From Eledone cirrhosa (Eukaryota), in the NCBI GenBank assembly GCA_964016885.1, contig OZ024740.1, forward strand, positions 330,460,001 to 330,524,000: 64,000 nucleotides of DNA. Direction: 5' to 3'. Made by a program: the position numbers and the translations under genes. The notes under the pieces are model-generated. The model saw only the letters and a program-made list of their open reading frames with translations, had not been told where the DNA came from and ran no database searches. Positions 43,259 through 57,224 of the stretch are shown here, piece after piece; position 1 is the first letter of the stretch, and the number at the start of each line of letters is the position of its first letter.

Positions 43259-43378
43259 TTCTCACGAATGAAACAGTTCTAGCCCCGAAGAAGCATAAAC
43301 GTTATACTCTGCTATGTATTGAGTACCCTACTTACTGTGGTTACTTCCGATTCAACCCGGAATAACTTATCTTACACA

Positions 43379-43474
<96 letters not shown>

Positions 43475-45155
43475 AGTGCGTGTGTGTGTTTGCGTGTGCG
43501 TTCTTCTTTCTTTTGCTCCAGATTTGTATTTAGCGGTAGTGAGATCATAGATCAATTACCGTGCACCGATGATCGATTGATTGATTATTGAACTCATTCA
43601 TTCAGTTTCGTGAAAAAACTTATCCTAAAGTAATATTAGAAATATGTATATAAGGATGCTGATATTTAAGTATTTACATTTTAAATATGATACCTTTTTG
43701 AATTAGATATATGTTCTTACATCCTTTTACAAATTTTCTCGTATGTATCTAAATAGTTATATAATATATACATACATATATACTGATATCGCAGACATGC
43801 ACGGATCTTTTTGGTTTACCTTTTACAAGTTGAATAAAATATAATAATGCCTTATGCCTTAATGCTATGCTGCTTTGCAAACGCTGCAATAATCCGAAAG
43901 TTGAGATACCGAATCAAAAACCCATTAAATAAAAGATATTTCCATTATTTTACAGCTGATAGACGCCCATAATATTAGAAGATACAGTCATAAATTGTAA
44001 AATATCAAAGGTAATTATTCACGCATGTCAAATTAACAATATGCGTTCAAACCTAACTGTTATATTTCCCTTTATATTACACAAATAATGGGCAAAAAAC
44101 AGTAGCGATGCAATTGTATTTGCACTCAGAAATAAACGGTCTGAACGCGTACTGCTTGCCTCAAAGAATTTGGCAAAAGTACATTAGCCATGAATGCATG
44201 GTCGATATCTTTCTTTTCCATATACCACAATCGCTCATATATATATATGTGTCTGTGTGTGTGTGTGTGTAACTAAATGAACACTTCCAAAAAGAAAGAC
44301 AGTTTTGATACAGCATACAAACTTCATAAGAGTGTTTGTTTATTGCAAACTTACTAATCGATAAGTATACACACGTGATGCTGAATCCAATATAACTTGC
44401 GTATATTACTTGCATTAGGATGATAGTAATGATGGTGATGAGGACGAGGAGGAGAAAGGGAAGCAGGTTGGGGTTCAAGATGATGCTGATGATATAGACG
44501 TTGATGATTTTCATATTTATGATTGGCATGGCAATGGCGATACAGATAAATGTTGATTAAACATTATTAACAATCGATTATTTCAGAAAACGAAAGCCAC
44601 ATCTGCACGAAAGTTGTATGATTTCTAGAACGCTGAATATGTAAGTCAAATGCATTTGAAATTGAATTAATGATATAAACAACAATATATTATAATCTAT
44701 TGTTGACAATCATCTATGTAACATAAAATGAATTTGGAAGCATGGCATTTTATTATGATGTTGCATAGACAACTATGTTCGAGAGAAAATAGGCATAAAA
44801 ATAACTGGCCTAAAATGTCAATAACGTCTAAATTATCATAGCAATCTCATTTTTGTTCAGGCGAAATATGGAATTAGTGGTGTAAAACAATATCTAGTTT
44901 TCTCAACAGAATTAAAATGATACTACTACATAGTATAACTTAAAATTACTCATTGTATTGGAAACATAAGTGGAAAGATTGTAGTTCTAAGGATGGTGTT
45001 TGCAATGAAATTAATTCCTCCCAAATATTTCAGAATTTCATATCAATATGCCGAAATAACTTTATTGTCAGGATGCTGGAAAATATTTTGTTCGATAACC
45101 GTCTATGCGCTGGGAATATATATAACCATGTGTATTTGCATATATGCATGGTTAT

Positions 45156-45215
<60 letters not shown>

Positions 45216-45246
45216 ATAAGCATAAGTTTTATGTGTATATATATAT

Positions 45247-45277
<31 letters not shown>

Positions 45278-46035
45278 AATGTGTGTCTGTGTGTGAACCT
45301 ATCTATTGCTGCGTGTCTGGATGTTTGTTCCTGTGTGCCAGTCTGAGGTTTCTTTTAATTTCATGTTTCATGTAATTATATTTTATAAGCTCATGAATTA
45401 AATTTATTTCTATAAATCTAAGCCGATTTCATATATCATATAAGTTATTATCTCCGATTTCCAATTAGGTTTATCCTCTGAATCATTACTTATTTGCAAT
45501 ACTGATCTGTATATATATGACGGTTTATCAAGGTCGTTGTTAAATAACGTTTGATTTCGTTTTATTTTTAAACTACTATTATTATTAAATTCACAAATAA
45601 TGATATAAAATGATAAATATTTTATGAAATTAATCGCGATTCAGACACGCAAATGAAACCGCACATGAAAAGGAATTATGATATTGAGTATTTAGTGATT
45701 TGGAACAAACTACACCAATTCGGTTCCTATTTACTCAATTCCATTCAGTCAGTCATTCGATTAACGTGAATACATTTTCTCAGCATGCTGATGCAAACAA
45801 CGGAATAGGATGTAAGTAATAATCATAATAATATCATACCCAGTTAATGTATGCTTTTATCTGATCTGTTATACATCAATAAACTATATTAAACAGGTTT
45901 CTTATTTTTTTTTTTGCTTTACCCAAGAAATGTAAAACTTTGCATCTAATGCCCAATTCATATTTGTCCTAAGAACATTAACGAAAAACAAAAGCAAACT
46001 AAACACCAACTGCCTCAAAGGCCGGTAGATAGGTA

Positions 46036-46080
46036 AATATTGCTGATGAGTTGTAACAACAACGAAACTAGTTCAATATT
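46036..46080 (+). ncRNA. Type I hammerhead ribozyme (family B variant)
   Basis: aatattg CTGATGA gttgt aaca acaac GAAAC TA GTT caatatt. Confidence 0.85.
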
Positions 46081-46766
46081 CCTTGTCTGGCTTTCTGGAC
46101 AATAGGGGGAAGGTGTTCTCCCAAAAGTATGTAAACACACAGACAAACCGGTTTTTAGAGTCATACTGGTTTTCGAGGAAACACCTTTCCTCTATTCTCC
46201 AGTAAGCCAGACAAGGAATATTGGACTAGTTTAGATGTTGTTACATCTCATCAGCAATATTTACCTATCTTCCGGCCTTTCTAGAGAATCGTAAAAGCAC
46301 ATATCGTTATATGCTTTTTCTATGAAAATTAGTAGTGGGCAGACTAATTTGCATAGAGCGTGAGTACGTACCGGTTCAGCGGAGACGATAAAAACAAATA
46401 ACGAAACGAAATTAAATTTCGTTTCGTTTACATACAGAATAGCTGGACACTCACAGTAAAGTGTCCAGTGAAAAACTCGGTACATCTACATATGTACACG
46501 TGTGTGTATTCATATGCATACTAGTATTTCAGTATACATATGTGGATGTACATTTCTAACTTAATTGTTTAAGCGTCAGTCATACAAAAGTGAGTTACAA
46601 ACGAAACGAAATTTAATTTCGTTTCGTTATTTGTTTTTATCGTCTCCGCTGAACCGGTACGTACTCACGCTCTATGCAAATTAGTCTGCCCACTACTAAT
46701 TTTCATAGAAAAAGCATATAACGATATGTGCTTTTACGATTCTCTAGAAAGGCCGGAAGATAGGTA

Positions 46767-46811
46767 AATATTGCTGATGAGATGTAACAACATCGAAACT
46801 AGTCCAATATT
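46767..46811 (+). ncRNA. Type I hammerhead ribozyme (family B)
   Basis: aatattg CTGATGA gatgt aaca acatc GAAAC TA GTC caatatt. Confidence 0.92.
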
Positions 46812-47026
46812 CCTTGTCTGGCTTACTGGAGAATAGAGGAAAGGTGTTTCCTCGAAAACCAGTATGACTCTAAAAACCGGTTTGTCTGTGTGTTTACATA
46901 CAGAATAGCTGGACACTCACAGTAAAGTGTCCAGTGAAAAACTCGGTACATCTACATATGTACACGTGTGTGTATTCATATGCATACTAGTATTTCAGTA
47001 TACATATGTGGATGTACATTTCTAAC

Positions 47027-47119
<93 letters not shown>

Positions 47120-47124
<5 letters not shown>

Positions 47125-47505
47125 TATACTTGGGGAGGGACATATTTGTGTAATAATATTGCCAGAATTAAAAACAGAACACACTCACTGTTTGGTTGGT
47201 TTTCGCTTCTGTGTCTTTTATATTGGTTAATTTAATTTAATCTGTCCTCAACGTTACTATTGACTGAACAACGGTCAAAAATACTGATACAATATAGACA
47301 CAGACACTATATATATGTGTTTGTGTCTATATTGTATCTGTATGTTTGACCGTTAGTCAGTCAATAGTAACATTGAAGACCGAATAAATTAAATTAACCG
47401 ATATAAAAGACACAGAAGCGAAAACCAACCAAACAGTGAGTGTGTTCTGTTATTAATTCTGGCAATATTATTACACAAATATGACCCTCCCCAAGTATAA
47501 CAATA
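47120..47505. repeat. ~190-bp-arm imperfect palindrome with PLE-type termini
   Basis: tgttatacttggggaggg...gacacagacac-(TA)-gtgtttgtgtc...atgaccctccccaagtataaca. The ends match the PLE pLTR terminus seen at 30678-30703. Confidence 0.7.
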
Positions 47506-47569
47506 TAACAATGAGTTTCGACTCACGATTTCATATAAAAAAACTCGCAAAACTATATATATATAATAT

Positions 47570-48033
<464 letters not shown>

Positions 48034-48167
48034 GGAAGTGCATATACTAAGCGTACCAATCTAATAGCAATCCTATCTCCCTCCTCTCTCACTCTATTTC
48101 TCACATCACATATTTTGAATGAAATACTTTCCTGCGCACAGATGCTTATATATATATATATATATAT

Positions 48168-48352
48168 TAAAAAGTTTAACCCCGACAGCAGAGCTCAAGC
48201 CGTGATGACGGTAATTTCTGGACTGAAATAGCCGTCGAAATGGGTTGGGCTCTGCCGTCGGGGTTAAACTTTTTCCTATTACCCACTCTATTATCCTAGG
48301 TATTGAGTACTCTGGTGCGTTATGGTCTATATGGTTCCTTACCACACCTCAT

Positions 48353-48356
<4 letters not shown>
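48168..48356 (+). mobile_element. Fold-back pLTR-like element homologous to 39858-40055 with HHR remnant
   Basis: Inverted aaaagtttaaccccgacagcagagctcaagcc, then TGATGA cggtaatttc...gaaatagccgtc GAAA tgggttgggctctgcc GTC ggggt. Shared tail ttacccactcta...ggttccttaccaca. Confidence 0.65.
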
Positions 48357-48404
<48 letters not shown>

Positions 48405-48480
48405 CATATATACATATATGTATCTATATATGTATATATATACATATATGTATATATATACATATATGTATATATATACA

Positions 48481-48526
<46 letters not shown>

Positions 48527-48598
48527 CATATATACATATATGTATATATATATATATATATACATATAAGTGTATATATATATATATACATACATATA

Positions 48599-48665
<67 letters not shown>

Positions 48666-48673
<8 letters not shown>

Positions 48674-50745
48674 ATACTTTGGGAGGGTCATGTTGCCAAT
48701 AAGAAACACACGCACCAGTCGCTTTCACTACAATTTATTATATATTTATAAATTTATAAATTTACAAATCTACAAACTTATAAATTTCTGGTTGGTTGGT
48801 TGGTTCCACAACCAGATAGTTGTTTATATATAGTCATAGTCCTTTCGTCACACACTCTGTGACCTCTTCAGTGACTGGTGATTCCATTCTTTGTTTCTGT
48901 GCCTTTCCTTTCTTCTATCCTACGCCATTTTGTTTCTGTGTGTGTGTTGTGTGCTCAGTTTGCGCATGCGCCACATCCGGGTGTCTGTGTGTGTTTGTGT
49001 TCATTTATCTGTTTGTTTATTTATTTAATTATTTATTGTTGGTTGGTTGTTTGTTCTATGTGTGTGTGTGTTTTCATTTTGTCCTTAATTGTAAGTTGTG
49101 ATGTTGCTGTTCCACTCATATTTTCTATTTAATTTTGGTTGTAATTATTGTTATACTTTGGGAGGGTCATGTTGCCAATAAGAAACACACGCACCAGTTG
49201 CTTTCACTTCAATTTAATTTATTATATATTTATAAATTTACAAATTTATAAATTTCTGGTTGGTTGGTTCGTTCCACAACCAGATAGTTGTTTATATATA
49301 TATAGTCATAGTTCTTTCGTCACACACTCTGTGACCTCTTCAGTGACTGGGGATTTCTTTCTTCGTTTCTGTGCCTTTCCTTTCTTCTATCCTACGCCAT
49401 TTTGTTTGTGTGTGGGTTGCGTGCTCAGTTTGCGCATGCGCCACATCCGGGTGTCTGTGTGGGTTTGTGTTCATTTTTCTATTTTTCTATTTATATTTTT
49501 CTATTTGTTTGTTTATTTATTTATTTATTGTTGGTTGGTTGTTTGTTCTATGTGTGTGTGTGTTTTCATTTTGTCTTGTGTGTGTTTTCATTTTGTCTTG
49601 TGTGTGTTTTCAATTGTAAGTTGTTTGTTCTATGTGTGTGTGTGTTTTCATTTTGTCCTTAATTGTAAGTTGTGATGTTGCTGTTCCACTCATATTTTCT
49701 ATTTAATTTTGGTTTTAAATCTTTTATGCTTACTGCCTCTGTAATTTGCCTAAACATTGCGTCTTTCTTGTGTGTGGATTCTATTTTTATTTCTATGCTC
49801 TCTAATTTACCCTTGTGTTCTATCTTAGCATGTTGGTAGAGCACAGATGATTCTTTAAGAATCATCTGTGCTCTACCAACATGCTAAGATAGAACACAAG
49901 GGTAAATTAGAGAGCATAGAAATAAAAATAGAATCCACACACAAGAAAGACGCAATGTTTAGGCAAATTACAGAGGCAGTAAGCTTAAAAGAATTAAAAC
50001 CAAAATTAAATAGAAAATATGAGTGGAACAGCAACACCACAACTTACAATTAAGGACAAAATGAAAACACACACACACATAGAACAAACAACTTACAATT
50101 GAAAACACACACAAAATGAAAACACACACACACATAGAACAAACAACCAACCAACAATAAATAAATAAATAAACAAACAAATAGAAAAATATAAATAGAA
50201 AAATAGAAAAATGAACACAAACCCACACAGACACCCGGATGTGGCGCATGCGCAAACTGAGCACGCAACCCACACACAAACAAAATGGCGTAGGATAGAA
50301 GAAAGGAAAGGCACAGAAACGAAGAAAGAAATCCCCAGTCACTGAAGAGGTCACAGAGTGTGTGACGAAAGAACTATGACTATATATATATAAACAACTA
50401 TCTGGTTGTGGAACGAACCAACCAACCAGAAATTTATAAATTTGTAAATTTATAAATATATAATAAATTAAATTGAAGTGAAAGCAACTGGTCCGTGTGT
50501 TTCTTATTGGCAACATGACCCTCCCAAAGTATAACAATATCGGTTTCAACACACGATTTCAGATAAAGAATCTTGCTAAACAAATTCAGAAACGAAATTT
50601 GGTTGTAATTGTTTTATGCTTACTGCCTCTGTAATTTGCCTAAACATTGCATCTTTTCTGTGTGTGGATTCTATTTTTATTTCTATGTTCTCTAATCTAC
50701 CCCTGTGTTCTATCTTAGCATGTTGGTAGAGCACAGATGATTCTT
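48666..50745. mobile_element. Cluster of PLE pLTR/ORF-end copies, same family as 28981-30703: - 48666-49145, - 49146-49858, + 49859-50598, - 50598-50745
   Basis: [12 protein letters not shown]...FRQITEAVS...PKLNRKYEW in ORFs 49659(-), 49868(+) and 50576(-). pLTR HHRs at 48832-48876 (-), 49304-49348 (-) and 50337-50381 (+). Confidence 0.9.
50337..50381 (+). ncRNA. PLE pLTR hammerhead ribozyme
   Basis: agtca CTGAAGA g gtcaca gagtg tgtgac GAAAG AA CTA tgact. Confidence 0.78.
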
Positions 50746-50763
50746 TATATATATATATATATT

Positions 50764-50807
<44 letters not shown>

Positions 50808-50842
50808 TGTATATATATATATATACATATATACATACATGT

Positions 50843-51005
<163 letters not shown>

Positions 51006-51439
51006 GAGAGATATAAATATTTCGTTTATATGTGATTTGAGAAGAAAGAGATGTTAAACAAATACATAGTAGACGTATTGAATAATCATTTTGATGATAT
51101 CACTGTTGGCAAATATCATGTGTTTATAATATGGTTTTCATAAACAATGTAGAGACATGAAGGCCCCACCGCAGCGTGTTAGTGCAGATATAGACTTTCA
51201 CAGCAACTAATAGTACGCTGTTATGTTCACCCTGTGAAACAACTGGATATCTAAAGAAATGATAAACAAGCTATCACCATGTGTATAAATACATACATGC
51301 AAACAGACACATTCAGAGACCAACGTAGACGCATATATAAATAGAGAGAGAGTATGAAATCAAGGTACAGAAACAGATAGAAGAGATGAATGATTAAATA
51401 GATAGATTTACATATAGATAGACAGCTAGCGAGAAATAA

Positions 51440-51491
<52 letters not shown>

Positions 51492-51496
51492 GAAAA

Positions 51497-51600
<104 letters not shown>

Positions 51601-52073
51601 TATATATATATATATATATAAATAATATATATATATATATATATAGATACATAGATAGATAGATATACAGATACACGCATATATTCATACATACACACAT
51701 TAATAGATAGATAGATTGATGAATATAATACATTTTCGACGGGTAATATTATATAATAATCATGTGGAAGAAAGGAGGCGTTATTAAGTAGTATATCATA
51801 TATATATATATATATATGTGTGTGTATGCGTTATGTGTGTGGGTGTGCGTGTGTGTGCGCCTGTGCGTGCCCGTATGTATGTCTGTGTGTGTATCCCGCG
51901 TTCAATTGGGGGTAACCACAGTAAGTAAGATACTCAATACATAGCAGAGTATAAATGTTTAATATAAAAGTGTCTTGTACTTGACCAGATCTGTTTTCTT
52001 TCGAAGAAAATCATTGGGAATCACTGGCCCTGTAGAAGACATATATATATATATAAATATATATATATTTACA

Positions 52074-52117
<44 letters not shown>

Positions 52118-52118
52118 C

Positions 52119-52235
<117 letters not shown>

Positions 52236-52244
52236 GTATGCATG

Positions 52245-52275
<31 letters not shown>

Positions 52276-53300
52276 TGTGTGTGTGTGTACTTGTGTCTCT
52301 GAGTGTGTTTATTTGTGTATGTTCGCTTCAAATTTATTCAATAAAATATTGCAACTCAAAAGAAGAACAGTATCTACATCAAATGGATGATAATAGAACA
52401 CTATCGACTGTAAATAAATGAGCCCAGCCGAGCAAATTTTGAAATAAGGAAAACTAGTCGATATTCAATAACCTCCACAACAACGTTTGATGATTTAATC
52501 CCCGACAGAATTATTCTGCCTATGCCCCCAAGGATATAAACACATTTTATTGAGCTAGTATCCTTAAATGTTGATATTAGCCTTCCCCACAAATATATAT
52601 TATTATATTTCACTTTTATCTATCCCCTTCTAAATTCTTAGTGCCGTAGATGGAAGTGTCCCCTAAAATAACATTTTTGGGAGCTCCCGTTTTTTTTTTT
52701 TATTTCTTTTAGTAAACATTTACCGGTGCGTTCCGATCTGTCCAGGTCGACCAAGTTGGCCCTGAAGCCCAACGAACGGTTTGTCCTTGGTGCTGTGCTG
52801 TGCTGTCGGAGTTGAGTTGCTCAATACCTTGAACATATTTACCAAATGATTACTAATACCAGTAATATATATATATATATATTTATAATTATCTCCAAAT
52901 TATTTGTTGAGCAAAATTTGCCAAATTACTACTGTGACTGATAGTAGTAGCTAGGCTCTGTCTTAATAGCACCCCCACTCCAAGCTGGTTAACCTCAGTG
53001 TCACGTGATTGATTCTTTTGAATTTGCCACTTGACCAAGAAGGCAGTGAATTTTTCAATGGCTTGGAATCTAGCCCCGCTCGCTTTTTTCCATCCACTGA
53101 ATTATTTTTATATAAGTTCCCAGTGTCCCCGCATTGCCTGGAAACTTAGCTGAGAATAGACTCCCTGATGACGTAAGCCTTCTCTATAGTTATTACGTAA
53201 CTATATTTATGTCCTTACAGAAACTAATTAGTTGGAGTGAAATTTTAGTAAGTAAGTCAATTTTCATAACTTTCTTATTTACGTCTTTCATATATATATA

Positions 53301-54915
53301 TAAAAACAAATAACGAAACGAAATTAAATTTCGTTTCGTTTGTAACTCACTTTTGTATGACTGACGCTTAAACAATTAAGTTAAAAATGTACATCCACAT
53401 ATGTATACTGAAATACTAGTATGCATATGAATACACACACGTGTACATATGTAGATGTACCGAGTTTTCACTGGTCACTTTACTGTGAGTGTCCAGCTAT
53501 TCTGTATGTAAACACACAGACAAACCGGTTCTTAGAGTCATACTGGTTTTTGAGGAAACACCTTTCATCTATTCTCCAGAAAGCCAGACAAGGAATATTG
53601 GACTAGTTTCGATGTTGTTACATCTCATCAGCAATATTTACCTATCTTCCGGCTTCTCTAGAGAATCGTGAAAGCACATATCGTTATATGCTTTTTCTAT
53701 GAAAATTAGTAGTGGGCAGACCAATTTGCATAGAGCGTGAGTACGTACCGGTTCAACGGAGACGATAAAAACAAATAACGAAACGAAATTAAATTTCGTT
53801 TCGTTTGTAACTCACTTTTGTATGACTGACGCTTAAACAATTAAGTTAAAAATGTACATCCACATATGTATACTGAAATACTAGTATGCATATGAATACA
53901 CACACGTGTACATATGTAGATGTACCGAGTTTTCACTGGTCACTTTACTGTGAGTGTCCAGCTATTCTGTATGTAAACACACAGACAAACCGGTTCTTAG
54001 AGTCATACTGGTTTTTGAGGAAACACCTTTCCTCTATTCTCCAGAAAGCCAGACAAGGAATATTGGACTAGTTTCGATGTTGTTACATCTCATCAGCAAT
54101 ATTTACTGGTCTGCCCACTACTAATTTTCATAGAAAAAGCATATAACGATATGTGCTTTCACGATTCTCTAGAGAAGCCGGAAGATAGGTAAATATTGCT
54201 GATGAGATGTAACAACATCGAAACTAGTCCAATATTCCTTGTCTGGCTTTCTGGGGAATAGAGGAAAGGTGTTTCCTCAAAAACCAGTATGACTCTAAGA
54301 ACCGGTTTGTCTGTGTGTTTACATACAGAATAGCTGGACACTCACAGTAAAGTGACCAGTGAAAACTCGGTACATCTACATATGTACACGTGTGTGTATT
54401 CATATGCATACTAGTATTTCAGTATACATATGTGGATGTACATTTTTAACTTAATTGTTTAAGCGTCAGTCATACAAAAGTGAGTTACAAACGAAACGAA
54501 ATTTAATTTCGTTTCGTTATTTGTTTTTATCGTCTCCGTTGAACCGGTACGTACTCACGCTCTATGCAAATTGGTCTGCCCACTACTAATTTTCATAGAA
54601 AAAGCATATAACGATATGTGCTTTCACGATTCTCTAGAGAAGCCGGAAGATAGGTAAATATTGCTGATGAGATGTAACAACATCGAAACTAGTCCAATAT
54701 TCCTTGTCTGGCTTTCTGGAGAATAGAGGAAAGGTGTTTCCTCAAAAACCAGTATGACTCTAAGAACCGGTTTGTCTGTGTGTTTACATACAGAATAGCT
54801 GGACACTCACAGTAAAGTGACCAGTGAAAACTCGGTACATCTACATATGTACACGTGTGTGTATTCATATGCATACTAGTATTTCAGTATACATATGTGG
54901 ATGTACATTTTTAAC

Positions 54916-54921
<6 letters not shown>
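53301..54921. mobile_element. Retrozyme-like family B, locus 2: ~1.7 units (-) at 53301-54105 plus ~1.75 units (+) at 54106-54921
   Basis: Period 465 (duplicate ORFs 53421/53886 and 54159/54624). HHRs at 53594-53638 (-), 54059-54103 (-), 54192-54236 (+) and 54657-54701 (+). (TA)n on both sides. Confidence 0.9.
54192..54236 (+). ncRNA. Type I hammerhead ribozyme (family B), second plus copy at 54657-54701
   Basis: aatattg CTGATGA gatgt aaca acatc GAAAC TA GTC caatatt: 7-bp stem I, 5-bp stem II, ACTAGT stem III, GUC triplet. Confidence 0.92.
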
Positions 54922-54974
<53 letters not shown>

Positions 54975-55539
54975 CACATTTAATGCACATTTTCACACGG
55001 CCAAAACGAAGCACGCGCCGGCCAGACGAGAGCAGAGCAATTTCGTTCATGTGCGTGAGATTTTCCATGTTAAGCCTTATTTGCAAGATTCTTTGAACAA
55101 GCCGCTGGAATTATGCACGAGACAAACATGACAAAATAATGAAAGGGAAACTTCCGAGTGTCTTTTGAAATGAACAGAAAAGCTATTGCTTTAACAAGAT
55201 CAATTAATGTTTTTATAAGGTTTAAAATACCCCAGGCCAACAAATATGTTTTCAACTTGTATTTTATCATTGATTGTAATGCATCTAATCTGGTGCACAT
55301 ACCACATCACAAGCGTTTCAAAATTAAATATTTTCTCTGGAATCAGCTTCGACAATCCATGTTCACATTTTAAAAATTAAATGACTCATATCGCCCCTCA
55401 GCCTTGGAAAATAATGAACATCCTAATATCAATTATATATCCTGATATAAATGAACGACATGTTCATAACGGGTGCAGTAAATAGATTTAAATTTGGAGT
55501 AAAGATAGGATATAAGTGATCCTAGAATGCTATCCTCCT

Positions 55540-55611
55540 TGTCGATAAAATAAAGTACCAGTAATGCCCTGGGTGATTGCTGGCCTTGTGCCAAAAGTAG
55601 AAACAATTATT
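55540..55611 (+). mobile_element. SINE 3' fragment
   Basis: gtcgataaaataaagtaccagtaatg...ggccttgtgccaaaagtagaaacaattat. Confidence 0.7.
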
Positions 55612-56009
55612 TTACTTCTTTTTCAAAGTTCATATATGTTTGGAGGATGAGGAAGATTTCTCTATCATGCAAACCGTAGAAATCTGAAGCCTGTATAACA
55701 CTTCCATCAGTCGGATATAATTTATCTTACCATCATCTACCGTTGTTGACTTCAGTGGATAAACTAATTGTTTTACTGGAGAGAATGTAAGAGTTTGGAT
55801 TATCTCCCTTGTAATAGATGTTTAAATAGATTTTAAATATAAAACTTTCGATATTTTCAATAAAGTTGCATCATCCGTAATTTGATTAAATGATACGAGG
55901 GATGTGATGTTGTAGATGGTTTAATGCGCAAATGTATGCAAGTATATTCTCTCTCTCCCTATATCTCACTCTTTCTCCCTTTCTCTCACTATCTACCTAT
56001 ATTTATATT

Positions 56010-56087
<78 letters not shown>

Positions 56088-56279
56088 TGTGTGTTTGTGT
56101 GTGTGTGTATGTTTATATATTTATATATGCCTGTGGAACATTGGAACAGTAAACATATTATGAAATTGATTTTCTTTTATGCACCATTCCTTTCAAAGAC
56201 ATAATTTACCTCAGACTATCACATCTTATATGACAACTTTTATGTAAATCGCGATCCATTCAAATGCTTCTAATATATA

Positions 56280-56462
56280 ATTGTTTCTACTTTTGGCACA
56301 AGGCCAGCAATTACCCAGTTCATTACTGGTACTTTATTTTATCGACCCCGTAAGGATGAAAGGCAAAGTTAACCTCAGCGGGATTTGAACTCAGAATGGC
56401 AAGGGCCGTAACTCTATGCGTCGAAGCATGACGTCCGACCTTCTACCGATACTGCCAATCCA
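56280..56462 (-). mobile_element. Full-length tRNA-derived SINE (Nin/Deu-like family)
   Basis: Minus strand reads TGGCAGTATCGG (A box), GAGTTCAAATCC (B box), gcctttcatccttacggggtcgataaaataaagtacc, then aagtagaaacaattat. Confidence 0.85.
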
Positions 56463-56580
56463 CATATAATGAATGAATCATAGGTCTCTATATCTCAGAT
56501 CCAGAATGACGGCTATGAGAATGGGAAATCCTTAAATTATGCAGCTTTACAACATGTTAATGTTTCTCGCTACTATGGTA

Positions 56581-56816
56581 CTTATATTTTTTTGTTTATT
56601 TAGCCATACTCTTTTTCTTAATTCTTTGAAATTAAATTCTAAATACATGTGCTGCGTTAAGCAGGTTTTTCAACCCACTGGCTTTGTTTAAAATTTTAAG
56701 TGGATATAACTGGTTCTAGTTAAATATAGCGTCATTAAGATGTCATCTTATTTCTAATATATATTTATGCATGCACACACACACACACCCACATACATAC
56801 ACACACATACACACAT

Positions 56817-56866
<50 letters not shown>

Positions 56867-56921
56867 ATATAACTGTTTTTCTGTTTTTGTACGGCCGACC
56901 ATGCTATTCTTCACTCTTTCA

Positions 56922-56958
<37 letters not shown>

Positions 56959-57153
56959 CATGCATAAATATATATATATTAGAAATAACATGACATCTTA
57001 ATGACGCTATATTTAAATAGAAACAGTTATATCCTCTTCAAATTTTAAACCATGCCACTAGGTTGAAAAACCTTCTTAACGCAGCACATATATTTAGAAT
57101 TTAATTTCAAAGAATTAAGAAAAAGTGTATGGCTAAATAAACAACAAATATAA
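56581..57153. repeat. ~200-bp-arm imperfect inverted repeat around a microsatellite spacer
   Basis: tttatttagccatac...gcgtcattaagatgtcat...tgcatgca vs tgcatgca...atgacatcttaatgacgc...gtatggctaaataaa. Confidence 0.8.
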
Positions 57154-57177
57154 GTGTGTATGTGTGTGTGTGTGTGT

Positions 57178-57224
<47 letters not shown>

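Larger units (their letters stand above)
46015..47032. mobile_element. Retrozyme-like family B (465-bp unit), locus 1: + fragment 46015-46125, - segment ~46127-46427, + segment ~46428-47032
   Basis: Same unit as 53301-54921. HHRs at 46036-46080 (+), 46217-46261 (-, GAAA changed to TAAA) and 46767-46811 (+). Ends ACTTAATT(AT)n. Confidence 0.85.

Noticed and set aside
53165-53200. CTGATGA followed by a cgtaa/ttacg hairpin
   Set aside because: No GAAA box and no stem I partner, so not an HHR.
53421-54874. Duplicated 60-61 aa ORFs in the 465-bp unit (and 72-aa ORFs at 24979 and 25309)
   Set aside because: Short, no domain, present only because the unit repeats. The 61-aa frame is not listed at the 46-kb locus.
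56380-56460. A/B boxes as a tRNA gene
   Set aside because: No cloverleaf. It continues into a multi-copy SINE body.
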